This document shows, in pieces, positions 23,960-35,442 of a stretch of DNA of 64,000 nucleotides. Within the stretch, counting starts at the first letter, position 1; each line of letters starts with the position of its first letter. Position numbers and translations under genes: made by a program. The DNA is taken from NCBI GenBank assembly GCA_040285855.1, contig JAUFOQ010000016.1:1364001-1428000 (forward strand), given 5' to 3'. This stretch comes from Eukaryota sp. GEM-RC1. Its lineage: Eukaryota. The notes beneath the pieces were generated by a model that had not been told where the DNA came from, made no database searches, and saw nothing but the letters and a program-made list of their open reading frames with translations.

Positions 23960-26409
23960 ATGTCCATTATCAACACACTTACAGACGAACAGGCTCAGGT
24001 CTTCCAAGCTATTACTCATGCTAGACCTTCTAAGCGTCGAAATTTCTTCATTACTGGTGGTGCCGGATCGGGCAAGTCTTACCTACTGTACTGTCTTAAA
24101 CAGTGGTGGTCTAATGCGGGTTCCAAGCTAATGAGACCCAATGGCCATGTCTTTTTTACTGCTACTACTGGTGTTGCTTCCACTGTCTTTGGTGGTCAAA
24201 CCCTACACTCTCTCTTTGGTTATAATTTTATCCGTAATGAAAAACCAATATCTGATGTCATTCGCTCTATGCCTTCAAGTGTTAAGTCTGTTTTACGAAC
24301 TATTAGTGCTCGAAATTCAATGCTTGTTATTGATGAAATTTCAATGTTGACTGCTGAACTATTCAACAGAGCCTCGGATATATTTAAAGATTTACTGAAG
24401 TCTCAGTTACCATTTGGTGGACTTCAAGTTGTAATTTTTGGAGATTTTTTGCAACTTGCACCAATTGTAAAGTCTGACTCAAACACACGTACTGTTCTTC
24501 AACTTTCAGACTTTACGTTTTCATCACAGTCTTGGAAGGACTTGAATTTAAATTTTATTGAATTATCTGGAAGTATCCGACAACAAGGTGATGTCAATTT
24601 TTATAATTTTTTGAATGAAATACGTCTCGGACTTTTTGATGACTATATGAAACATATTTTATTGAAACATAAGTCATTAGCCAAAAATATTGAAAGTCCA
24701 ACCAAATTATTTGCTAGAAACAAGGATGTCGCCGACGAAAATTTAAAGCAATTTGAATTATTATGTGAACAAGGGAATGAAAATGTTGAATTTCATTCCC
24801 TCGATAAGTTCAATGAACCCTTAATTAAATCAGAAATTGTAAAGAGTTGGGCATTTGGTAAGCCTAATGAGGAACAAATGGAAAAGGCTGTTGATTTAAA
24901 TTTAAAAAAATTATCAAGTAGGCTAAACGATTTTGCCGAACAAAAATTTCACTGTGTTGTCGGAGGTTTGGTAATGTTTACCCAAAACAAACCAGATCTG
25001 GGCCTAGTAAATGGGTCAAAAGGCAAAATTATTGATTTTTCGGAAAGTTCACATTTCATTAATGTAAGATTCGGGAGGGACGAAGAACCAATCAAAATTA
25101 TTCCGACTAAATTTGAAATTGAGGTGTTGAATGAGAAGAAAAAGCCTGTAATTATAGCATCCCGATTGCAATATCCTCTTCGTCCTTGTTGGGCAATAAC
25201 AGTCCATAGATCTCAGGGACTAACAATTGAAGGAATTGAAGTATCATTAAATTTTTGGGAATATGCCCAATTGTACGTTACATTGAGTCGAGTGAAGAAC
25301 TGGAACTCAATTCAAATTTTAGATATTTCTTCAAGATTTCCCATACCAAGAATTGATCTTTATCAGTGGTATTATTCCACTTTTCACCCCTGTCGACCGG
25401 TTACAAAACCTCTTTATCCTTTGCCAATAGAAGATGAAAGAATTGTTAGAAATTGGCCTTCTGTGTTGAAAACTTTTGATGAATTTTCGTCCAATATTAA
25501 TTCTATTGTTGGTGAAAGTATGGAAACTGTTGATGTTCTTGATCCAGTCAATGAAGAAATTGAGGAAGATTTGGTGGAAGATGTTCCAAAAATTGAAAAT
25601 TTGAATACCACTTCTAATTCAGTTTTAGAATTATTCGATAATGAAGTTGTTGTCTCTGGAAGTGATAGTGGAGATGATGAAACTGATGATGATGACGATG
25701 CGTCGTCTAGTATGAATGATTTTGTTGTGAATGATGATGAAGATGAGTGTCTCAATAATCAAAGTGTAAGTGCCATCAATTCTGATTTAATTTTTAACAA
25801 ACATGTGCCAAAACTGAAAAAACAACAATTACTACTTTGCCTAAATTGAGACCAAATCTATTGTCTCGAAATACTCTCAAACCAAATTCGAATTTACCTA
25901 GTTTGAAATTATCAAAAAAAGTTACAGATCATGTGGACACTGAATCTGTCAACAGATTACCAAATTCTCTTGGTATTCAGACAGACCTTGAAAACAACTT
26001 GAACAATACTCGTACTATTTCCATGCAGACAGAAACAAAGGTTCTTACAATTGTCCACGATATTGTACCACTGCATTGGAACCAAAGTGGTACAACATCA
26101 GACTGTCAATCACATATGAGTTTGAAACTTCAGTTGTTAAAAGATTTAAATTTATTGATGGCGGAAATTTTGAGTTTTCATTTGAATGATAGGGACAAGT
26201 ACTTTAATGTGTTGTCGTTGACCAATACTTTTGTTATGTCGATATTAGATTTAAATGATGAAGTGATGTGTGATGAACATTGTTTGGGAATATTGGATGA
26301 ATTTCGTGAAGTGATGTGTGAGTATTGTTGTGGGATTGGATATAAGGAGTCGTTTTCGTTGGCTGTGATGTTTGCGAGGGTGATGGGGGGATATAGTAGT
26401 GTTAGTTAA
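23960..26409 (+). CDS. PIF1: PIF1-family SF1B DNA helicase with acidic tract and C-terminal extension (frameshift near 25820)
   Basis: LTDEQ, FITGGAGSGKS, TATTGVA, GGQTLHS, IDEISM, PFGGLQVVIFGDFLQLAPI, RQQGD, LVNGSKG, QYPL..WAITVHRSQGLT, QLYVTLSR. An A6 run joins ORF 25837-26409. Confidence 0.9.
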
Positions 26410-26532
26410 GTTTGATAAACTGAGGTTGTATATTTTATTGGTTGTGTTTAACGACATTATATATAGAAGAAAAAATTATGAGCAACAACAATTCAATACA
26501 CATAGGACACGTTGATTGAGATTGATTCTCAC

Positions 26533-26902
26533 CAAATGTTGTAGTTACAAATGTTGTAGTTACAAATGTTGTATCACCAAATGTTGTCATTACAAATGTT
26601 GTCATTACAAATGTTGTCATTACAAATGTTGTAGTTACAAATGTTGTATCACCAAATGTTGTCATTACAAATGTTGTCATTACAAATGTTGTAGTTACAA
26701 ATGTTGTAGTTACAAATGTTGTAGTTACAAATGTTGTATCACCAAATGTTGTAGTTACAAATGTTGTATCACCAAATGTTGTCATTACAAATGTTGTCAT
26801 TACAAATGTTGTCATTACAAATGTTGTAGTTACAAATGTTGTAGTTACAAATGTTGTATCACCAAATGTTGTATCACCAAATGTTGTCATTACAAATGTT
26901 GT
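26533..26902. repeat. 15-bp minisatellite, 25 cores; probable subterminal repeat of the element
   Basis: Invariant CAAATGTTGT plus one of three 5-mers (AGTTA, CATTA, ATCAC) at exact 15-bp period. Confidence 0.95.
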
Positions 26903-26949
26903 ACATGTAGTTATAACTTGGTGTCTTTGTGTCTTCTGATGAATGAAGC

Positions 26950-27492
26950 TTCATGGACTTGATGTCGTTGACCTTAGTCTCATTCCAGATAGCATCTGAT
27001 AGAATTGAAAAATGCAGTCAAAAATGACTGAAGACACAGCAGTGTATTACACTATCATAGTTGTAGCAAACCAGAAGAGTTGTAGCGAACCTTAGTGTTT
27101 TCCTTTGGAGGATAAGATGTCAATGTGATGTATGTGTAGTAGGATGGTTGTACAACGTTGAGTTTATTCATGAACTGGTTATTTACCAGTGTGTTTTAGT
27201 CATACCCAACATTTCCGAAACCAAAATTTAGTAAAATATTCATAATTTATAACTCATTCAGCAATTGCTGTTTGTCATACTTTGAGAAGATATACCAAAA
27301 CAGTTCTGAATCAGTCCAAATCAAATCATTGTTTTTGATCGGTTGTAAGTTCGTTTCCGGATTGTGTGAGCTGACGTTTGATTGGTACCAAGCAAACACC
27401 CTTAATTCCATATCCTTAAACGCATGCCTACGCTTAGTTTGTGGAGTTCTATAGACATCTGTCGATGAATGGAACAGTTTCAGATTCCTCAT
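26950..27492 (-). mobile_element. Decayed pogo/Tigger-like transposase N-terminus
   Basis: KRRHAFKDMELRVFAWY resembles the CENP-B-type HTH of pogo transposases; short and disrupted. Confidence 0.35.
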
Positions 27493-27604
27493 AAGCCCAT
27501 GTCATAAAGCAGTGTTGAAAAGTAAGTGGATGACCTACACGTCATTTTGAGCTGTATTTGGACTTTTGGTCCAGAGAATTCCAGAGACTAACTCCTCTGC
27601 GTAA

Positions 27605-29095
27605 ATGTCTACTTATCATTGTGATGCTGTAAATTTTGAACCGTTTCGTTTCTCAAGAATCCTTGCAACTGTAGGACCTGCTTCCATTGACAGGATCAAA
27701 GTGTTGTTGGATAAAGGTGTCAATGCTTTCAGATTGAATTTCTCTCATGGCTCCCACCAAGACCATGAAAAGGCCTACAACCTAATCCGCTCATTGTCCA
27801 CAGACAATTATCTCAGTACAGCCATTGTTGCAGATCTTCAAGGACCAAAAATCCGTATTGGTACCTTTGAAGACGGACCAGTCATTCTAGAACCTGGTCA
27901 AACCTTTACTTTCACTCGTTGTCTTCGCCCAGGAGACAACACCCGTGTTGGACTTCCTCACCCTGAAATCTTCGAAGCCTTCCTTGCTAACTCAAAAGTC
28001 AACCACTACGTTCTCATTGACGATGGAAAGGTTAAGCTTGACGTCGTGTCAGTCTCAGATACTGAGATCGTCTGTGTTTCCAAGCTTGGAGGAGCTCTTA
28101 GTGATAGAAAAGGTGTTAACCTACCCACCGTCCAACTAGGCGTTTCAGCAATGACCGACAAAGATCGTCGTGATTTGAAGTGTGCTCTTCAGTTAGGTGT
28201 TGACTACGTTTGTCTTTCCTTCGTTCAACACGCTGAAGATGTCAAAGAAGCAAGAACTTTTATAGAGAACTGGAGAAGTGTTAACAACTCTGATCACGAT
28301 CCCCCACATATCATTTCGAAAATAGAAAAACCTCAAGCCCTGGACAACATTGATGAGATTATTGCTCTAAGTGATGCTATTATGGTAGCTAGAGGAGATC
28401 TTGGTGTCGAAGTACCTGCCGCTTCTGTACCAGTGATTCAAAAGAGACTCATTGGATTGTGTCGTGAAGCTGGCAAGTCTATAATCATTGCAACTCATTG
28501 TTTAGAGAGTGTCGTTTCTAACCCCCGTCCTACCCGGGCTGAAGTTGGTGACGTGGCATCACACGTGTTTGACCAATCATCTTGCGTCATGCTGTCTGCT
28601 GAGACTGCTTCTGGACAGTTTCCAGTTGAAGCTGTTACCATTATGGATTCCATAATGCGTGAAGTTGAAATCTTTGTTGTACAACGTAGTGCTAATAGAA
28701 CTGGTATCACCATTAGTGCAACCTCAGATGTTGATGCTGTTGCTTTCTCTGCTAAGGAAATGGCATCACAAGTAGGAGCTAAATGTATGATTAACTTCAC
28801 TGAAACTGGGTTTTCCACCAGTAGAATAAGTCGAACCAGACCTGGAATTCCTATTGTTGCTATTTCCCCATCAATTGATGTTTTGAGGAAGTTAAACATT
28901 GTCTATGGTGTACTTGGAGTGCATTGTAGTGGTGTTTCTAACTTTGATGAGTTGCCGGCTGCTGCTTCAGAGTATGCTTTGAACAGTGGTTTTGCTAAGA
29001 AAGGGGACAAGATAGTGGTTGTGGCTGGAACTCCTTTTAATACTCCTTATAAGAAGACTCATACCGCATGTTTTAACTTAATTGTTACTGTTTAG
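27605..29095 (+). CDS. PK: Pyruvate kinase
   Basis: ATVGP, FRLNFSHG, DLQGPKIR, KGVNLP, SKIEK, MVARGDLGVE, PTRAE, MLSAETASG; intact 496 aa. Confidence 0.97.
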   Translation: MSTYHCDAVNFEPFRFSRILATVGPASIDRIKVLLDKGVNAFRLNFSHGSHQDHEKAYNLIRSLSTDNYLSTAIVADLQGPKIRIGTFEDGPVILEPGQTFTFTRCLRPGDNTRVGLPHPEIFEAFLANSKVNHYVLIDDGKVKLDVVSVSDTEIVCVSKLGGALSDRKGVNLPTVQLGVSAMTDKDRRDLKCALQLGVDYVCLSFVQHAEDVKEARTFIENWRSVNNSDHDPPHIISKIEKPQALDNIDEIIALSDAIMVARGDLGVEVPAASVPVIQKRLIGLCREAGKSIIIATHCLESVVSNPRPTRAEVGDVASHVFDQSSCVMLSAETASGQFPVEAVTIMDSIMREVEIFVVQRSANRTGITISATSDVDAVAFSAKEMASQVGAKCMINFTETGFSTSRISRTRPGIPIVAISPSIDVLRKLNIVYGVLGVHCSGVSNFDELPAAASEYALNSGFAKKGDKIVVVAGTPFNTPYKKTHTACFNLIVTV

Positions 29096-29536
29096 AGTAA
29101 CTTTGTTAGAATTAGTGATTAAATATCGTTTTGTCTACTTTTGTTTATCGATAATGTTGTGATCAACCGCTATAAAACTTAATTCATACGCTTCATTAGC
29201 ATAGCATTTAACAGAACAACACAGTACACACTCCAAAAAAATATGAAAAAATCGGATTTTGTTTAATTTATCAGAATAATAAATTGTATTTCTCTCACTT
29301 GGTGGACAAACTTTACAAGTTGAATCAGGGATTGGAAAACATATATACTTGTTGTCGACCAACATTTTTTTTGATTTTTTTTGGATACACTTAATATATT
29401 GTAAATGTAAAAGGCCAAACCACTAAAATTTGATATCATTAAACCAACACCCGTCGCCAGGGATGTTCAAAAATAATTGCATTCTGCAATACAGTATTGC
29501 AATAATGTATGGCAACAGTATGGAGTATTGCAATTA

Positions 29537-29676
29537 CACTGGTCACAACAATTAGTCTCAGTGAGATACTAGTAGTCTCAGTTCAGAATTAGTCTCACTG
29601 AGACTAATTTATGAATAGACCATTTTGAAACTAGGTTATGAATTAGTTCCACTGAGACTAAATATTGTGACCAGTG
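29537..29676. mobile_element. 140-bp Tc1/mariner-type MITE
   Basis: TIR CACTGGTCACAACAATTAGTCTCAGTG / CACTGAGACTAAATATTGTGACCAGTG, flanked by TA on both sides. Confidence 0.85.
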
Positions 29677-29689
29677 TATTTGTTCTAAG

Positions 29690-31010
29690 ATCAAGTCTTA
29701 CACCAGCTTTGTCCTCATAAAAGGAACTCACAGCTAGTAAAGCTTTGGAGATGATTAGGGGAATTGTTTTAAAAATAGTTAAAAGGATACGACTCAACGA
29801 TAACAGATGATCAAAACGTTTGTTCATCCTATTATTTATCATTTTCCGAAATCGTTTAAAAAATGCAATACACGTTTACCCATACGGCTATGGAATGAAA
29901 CCACAAAAGGGCATAATTCGTACTATTGATACTATGTGATCTAAAACAATATGGTATTGTAATATAAACAAATATATGTTATTATTTTATGGAGAATGCT
30001 TTAAAAGACCGGCAGTCCATAAACATAACCTACATGTCATTTAAGTCCAAACCATGACATTTTAAACGTTTCATACGTAACGTCGTGAACAGCACTGTGT
30101 AAAATCGATCTAAACTGAAGAAATTATTTGCAACTAACAATGTGTTTGAAGTCAGCTTCTGGTCTTTTATCACAACAGCACATAGTATTATCTAACAATT
30201 CAGATGGAAACAGACCTAAGCGAAGACGCATGTTAAGTTTCCAAGCATCATTATTGAGAATATATAGATAAAAAGTATGTATTAACATACCTGGAACAAA
30301 AACTTTGAAATGAACATCTAATCTATAATGACATATACCAGTATATGATGTATATTTTTCTTCAATTCCTTGTTTTGATTTGACAACAACACTACAGTGT
30401 GCATACATCTAATAATCAATATCCTCAAAGTCCAGATTCCTATCTGGAAATTTTCACCTACCTTATCCTCATAATGACTGCCAAGAGATAATAAAGCACT
30501 AGATACAGAAGTCACCAGACCTTCAAAGATAGCAAACAGAATTCGATTTTTTCAAAATGTAAGATCAAATGTCCTAGATGTTTTGTCTTTTACAATCTTC
30601 ACAAAGATTTCAAGTAATGATGTTGCAGACTCACCTAAAGAATTGTACAGTGAAAATACAAAAGGGTACAACAAGTAATTCGTGTGTGAAACTGAATTCA
30701 ATAATTTCAATTTAGCACAATATTTTTGCATTTTAAATTTTTCACCAATCAACAGGGGGTTATTAGCATTAGATTCAGCAAGTTTTTTGTTGGAATCATT
30801 GCAAGCATTGATAAACATAACATCATCAATAATGAAAGAACCATCGAGACCAGCAAATGTGACTTCACCACGGCTATTTCCAAACGATTTGTCAACATCC
30901 GTATCATCAAGCAAACCAGCCAGAACTGGTTCTAAAAAGGAAACTATTCCATAAGATTTACACATACAATATAATTGATCTCTTACTGAATCATGAACCT
31001 TACTTCTAAA
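29690..31010 (-). mobile_element. Fragments of non-LTR retrotransposons (zinc finger plus restriction-like endonuclease C-terminus, CRE/NeSL-like), at least two copies
   Basis: HDSVRDQLYCMCK..EP..SRGE..IIDDV..K.QKY..YPFVFSLY.SLG (30552-31010). RLRLGL..CCC..HIVSC (30124-30285). 3' tails ending ..ALL.....YEDK. Confidence 0.7.
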
Positions 31011-31121
31011 AAGAAAAAAAACGGTTACAATTCAATAAATGTGTAGGTTTACAGATTGTCCACATGATGTAGATAGAAGTTCAGACATTGAAAAATTGGC
31101 TCCTCACTTTCTTACCAACAC

Positions 31122-31999
31122 ATGTTTGCTCTCTTGTTCACCGCTCTCCTAGGCTTGGTTAGTGCTTCCATCCCTGACCAGATTTCCACTGGTTTTGTGC
31201 AGAATTTGAAACAGTTCTCTGGGTTTTTGCGTCCCTTAGATCAAATTCATAAGCGATTTGGTGCTATCCTCTCCCTGGTTGTGTCAGTGGTTGAACCAAA
31301 GTTGACTACCCTATTGAGCTTCATGTACAACGAATTTTTCCGTCTTTCAGCTACCTCTGCAAGCGAAATAATTCCGTCGTTCTCGTTCCTCCCACAGTGG
31401 ATCATCAACAATAGTCAGACGGTTGCTCATATTTGTCTTGTTATTTTCTTCCTTGCTATCGGTGTTGTTGGACTTTTCTCCACCATTTTTGTTCTGCGCA
31501 CCATCAGAAGACAACGTCCTTTTGTCACCGTGTCCGTATCATTCTTCTTGCAGTCGCTCTCGGATATCTCTTTGCTCGTTCTCAAACCAAGCCCGTCTTG
31601 GTCCGTGCCGTTTCTCCCGTTCCTTCTATATTCTGTACGATCCTCTTTGTGTGGGAACTCCTCCTTGTTGCTGGCCCAGGCTCCTTCCTCCTCTCTACTC
31701 CTCTCCTTACCATCTTCGCTCTTATTGCATTTGACGAGAAGTACATCCTAGAAGGTCCCAGAGCCATGGCTTTGCTCCTCACCTATCTCGCTGTCTACTC
31801 CTTCATGAGCTGCTCTGCCTCTCAAGGCTGTTTGTTCTCCATGTGTGGTAAAAGGTGTGCTGTGAAACAACAGAAGAAGACTTATGGAATGGTACGACCA
31901 GAGATGCCTGAACATCCAGTAGTAGCCGATTGTGAACCTCTTTGCTGTAGAAAATCTAACAAAAAGAACAAACAACAATCAAGAGCTACTCATATGTAA
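31122..31999 (+). CDS. Signal-peptide, multi-pass membrane protein of unknown function (frameshift near 31520)
   Basis: MFALLFTALLGLVSA leader; hydrophobic segments continue in ORF 31433-31999 after adding one T in a T4 run. Confidence 0.55.
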
Positions 32000-32099
32000 G
32001 ACTTTAATTTGACTTTAGTTGCGAATAAACATTTTGTCTCAAACGAAGACTATTTCTTATTACAAACAAAATCTATTAAATATGTTACATTTCAAAGTG

Positions 32100-33077
32100 T
32101 TACACTTTTTTCCGCAAACTTCTTCTGTTTCTCAATTCCTCCAATCGTTTAACTGTTGCTCTAGGAATTGGCTTAGAACTACTACTCTCCTCTACAACAG
32201 ACTCCCTTCGTACTTCCCTTTTCTGTTCAACAATCTTTGAAGGCTCAGATTGCCTAAGAGTTGATGACGTGAGCTGCTTGAACTTTGTCCTCATCGATTC
32301 TAACCTCAAAGTAGCATATCCTGAGCTCATGTTAGAAGCCAGACAAGTTTCCGGACTCATAGCTTGAAGAAGTTCAAAATGTAGAGATTTACTACAAAAG
32401 AGAGATGTTGAAAGTACAAGTTCTAAAGATCCTGAACATTTTGATGACATGCCATATGAAGAGTAAACAGGCGAACATCGTGATTTGGGAGTGAATAGAC
32501 TAGGATAACAAGCAGATGGTTTAATAAGAGAAACAGGGGAGCCCAGGAGAAGTTCTGATAGTTGCTGAGTGATTGTGAGAGGGTGTAGTTTCCAGCAAGA
32601 GAGGCTATGACTAGATGAACTAGAGAGAGGGTTTATCAGGATCCAGGTATAACCTTCTACTCTTTGACGACCCCAGAAGTCTTGGGATACGACTGAGAAA
32701 CAGAGAAGAGGGAGAGGTGGAGCCTGTGATGATTGGTAGAAGGTAGCATCCTTCAGGGATTCAACAAGACTTGCTGAAAGTTCAAGATCATATGTGAACT
32801 GAAAGCCACACTGTAACGATTGAGGAGTAGACAAGCAAAGAGGAGATTTATACACAGGAGATGTGAAGAAAGATGTATCTGAAGAATTGTGGTGGTGGCA
32901 ATCCTTTGGAAGAACCATTTCTATTTGGATGAAGAGGTTCCGTCTGGAGAACCGCTTCAAAGAAGTCAGTTGTCCATAAACGTTTAGTCTAGCCTTTCCA
33001 TCAGTTGGAGGTTTGATGAAGAACACGGATTGTGGCATGTCATTGGTAAATCTTCCCTGCTTCTCATCTCTAGTCAC
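32100..33077 (-). CDS. MKS1: B9-domain ciliary transition-zone protein, MKS1-like (start uncertain; first ATG ~33039)
   Basis: RLNVYGQL...NLFIQIEMVLP, FSVVSQDFWGRQRVEGY, SCWK, LSELLLGSPVSL. Confidence 0.75.
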   Translation of the reverse strand: MTRDEKQGRFTNDMPQSVFFIKPPTDGKARLNVYGQLTSLKRFSRRNLFIQIEMVLPKDCHHHNSSDTSFFTSPVYKSPLCLSTPQSLQCGFQFTYDLELSASLVESLKDATFYQSSQAPPLPLLCFSVVSQDFWGRQRVEGYTWILINPLSSSSSHSLSCWKLHPLTITQQLSELLLGSPVSLIKPSACYPSLFTPKSRCSPVYSSYGMSSKCSGSLELVLSTSLFCSKSLHFELLQAMSPETCLASNMSSGYATLRLESMRTKFKQLTSSTLRQSEPSKIVEQKREVRRESVVEESSSSKPIPRATVKRLEELRNRRSLRKKV

Positions 33078-33087
33078 TCTTTGGCTA

Positions 33088-34868
33088 ATGCTTTCATTCT
33101 TGGCAAGTGCGTTTCAAGATCTACTTGTACCTGAATTATCTACTTCTGAATTCAGTAACCATTGTGATTACGTTATTTCTACACTCTCTAGTTATGCAGA
33201 TCAACAATCCGTTCCTGCCCAACTACCTGACGACCTATTCAACGTCTGTACCTTTATAATCGATTGTCTATCTGAAGTACCAGAAACAGGACCACTAGTT
33301 TCCATCATAATCGAAACCCACTTCCTTGAACGCCTCATTGCAGCTATCATTGTACTATCTCCACAATCTCCATTTGCTCACTCAGTTCCTGTTCTTCAAC
33401 TTGGAATGAAGCTGACGTCAGCGATCCTTTCTCTTTCCCAGAATCTGCTGCATCTTCACTCGATAGTAGTTGCCATTCACAATCTCTTGTTCCACATATC
33501 TTCCCTTCAATCCACTCCTTTCTATAATCCTTTCCCAGGATGTAATGCTCTGCTTAATGCTATTGTTTCAGATTGTTTTAATAATTCTTCCAGTGCTACT
33601 AATTTCTTCACTTCTTCTGATAAACTTAGTCCGAGTAATATTCTCATCCGGTTAGCAGTGCAATGTTTAATCAATTCATCAAATTCAAGTGATTTCTCAC
33701 TTTTAAAAACTTTGGTTTCTGGTCTGCAAACTGTTTTTTCAAAAATTATTGATTTGGAGTCAGTAGTTGATGAGTTTTTCCCTGAAATTGTGTTCAACAT
33801 TTTGTTTTTGAATTTTATTCATGGGAAGCTTACACCTCAATCCAAAGTTTCAAATTTAATCAAATATTTGAATATCGTCTTTTCAATCAAAAATGATATT
33901 CTTGTTGAGCGTTTTTCTGATCTCTTTTCTGATCATTCCGACCTTTTGGCTGAGTTTTTGACCACATCTCTTAATCCAGACACTTTTAACGAACATTTCT
34001 GGTCTTTTTTCGTTAAACTATTGTATTTCCTAGACCAGCAACCCAGAACAATTGTTGTCTTTGAAATGATTATTAGAACTGGAATAACTCCTTTAATAGT
34101 TAATTGTCTCAAAAGTGGATCAATCGGACAATCTCAATCTATTTTGATTGTGCTTCTCGAGTATCTTTCTGTTTTTTCAATAGCAAAGGAATTTGATCCT
34201 CTGTCGGACTTTGAGCTGATTACAGTGAGCCTTTCCGAAAGAAGAAGGTTCTTTCAACTGATTTTCTCACTGAATCCTGCTCTAAATATTGATGCCGCTG
34301 TTTCTTTGCCCTCAGGTTTTGAATTTTACCAAAAAAATGTAAATATCCGTGTAAATTCAATTTTCAGTAATGTTGTCGACATACGACGACACTTCCTTCC
34401 CTTCTAATCGACAATGATTGTATCTCTTTCTCTCAGTATTTTGAGTTGATGTGTTCTTTAGTTGAAACCTTTTGGTTTGATAGCAATGTTTCCCTGGACT
34501 TTATAGTTAGGTTATCATCAGTCTTTGTGACGATTCTTCAACAATCAATTCTGATTGACGACATCTCTCACTCTATAGTCTTCGCAACAGGTCCTTCGTC
34601 GTTACAAGCTTGTCTTAAATCCATTGCAGATACCGGTTTAAGTGTACTAGCAAGCGAACAAGATATCATGAGAATAACGCAATCAGTGCGATTAAAGATG
34701 GTTTCAAACTCGAGGTTTGATTGTAGTAAGTACGAGTCTGTTCTGAGTGAGTTTTCCTATCTTGGGAAAGATTTTCTAATGTACCAAACCAGATGGATCG
34801 TGTTTGAACAGTTGTGTATAGAACTTCAAGCACTTGAGGTTCAGTTACTGGAAGATAAGAAGGAATAA
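33088..34868 (+). CDS. FHIP/FAM160 (RAI16-like) family protein, frameshift near 34400
   Basis: N-terminal ETGPLVSIIIETHFLERL and C-terminal WIVFEQLCIELQAL resemble FAM160 motifs (GPC.EY....ILE.L; V.EEF.KELAA). Confidence 0.55.
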
Positions 34869-35028
34869 AGATGTTGTTGGTGTTTATATACAATCTGAAT
34901 ACCGAAAATAGAAATAAATACAGTAAGTGTGGAAGTGAAGCAGGTAGGGTCTGATTCTGTCCCACTGATTACAAGTAGCAGCTACGTCACAGTATATGAT
35001 TAGTCAGTCATAGGGAATGCGCATGAAA

Positions 35029-35271
35029 CTACTCTGATTTTCCTGATGCCAATCGTTGTGCTAGTTTCTGATGGAGATTTAGCTTGGTGGGTTGTCTTGT
35101 TTTAAGAGAAGCCTTTGAGAGATCTATTTCATTCGGTGAAGAAACAATTGTTTTGTTGAGGAAGGTGGAGGATAAGGTCTTTTTGAGGTTTTTGAATTCA
35201 TCACTACGTAGAAAACCAATGAAGATCATCAATAGTCCAAACAGAAAGGGATACCAAAGAAGGGTGATCAT
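35029..35271 (-). CDS. Small single-pass membrane protein
   Basis: 80-aa ATG ORF with hydrophobic N-terminus and basic tail. Confidence 0.45.
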   Translation of the reverse strand: MITLLWYPFLFGLLMIFIGFLRSDEFKNLKKTLSSTFLNKTIVSSPNEIDLSKASLKTRQPTKLNLHQKLAQRLASGKSE

Positions 35272-35442
35272 TGGGGGAGAAATTATCTGATAAGCATGAC
35301 ACGTATACTGCTGTATACACTCCCCTTAAGGTTCGCCCGAACCACTAATGGGAGTAGACTGTACTAGTAGTTGAGGTGACATAATCCATATCGTAACTTT
35401 TCTCCCCTTTAAGCATCTTTTAAAAGATGAAATCATTTGAAG

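Larger units (their letters stand above)
1..26905. mobile_element. Putative giant mobile element, right arm (left end outside window)
   Basis: Cluster of Fanzor1, two Ulp1-like proteases, USP, DEAH and PIF1 helicases and two 2A peptides with no housekeeping genes. Bounded on the right by a 15-bp repeat array, after which a pogo relic and host genes begin. No transposase, second terminus or TSD visible. Confidence 0.55.

Noticed and set aside
26533..26902. CRISPR-like or guide array; also the TTTFV and YKCC ORFs
   Set aside because: Spacers are 5 bp and of only three kinds, so this is a minisatellite. The ORFs are by-products of a stop-free 15-bp unit.
1..26905. Polinton/Maverick, Helitron or NCLDV assignment
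   Set aside because: No polymerase domain, integrase, capsid, packaging ATPase or HUH Rep recognised within the window.
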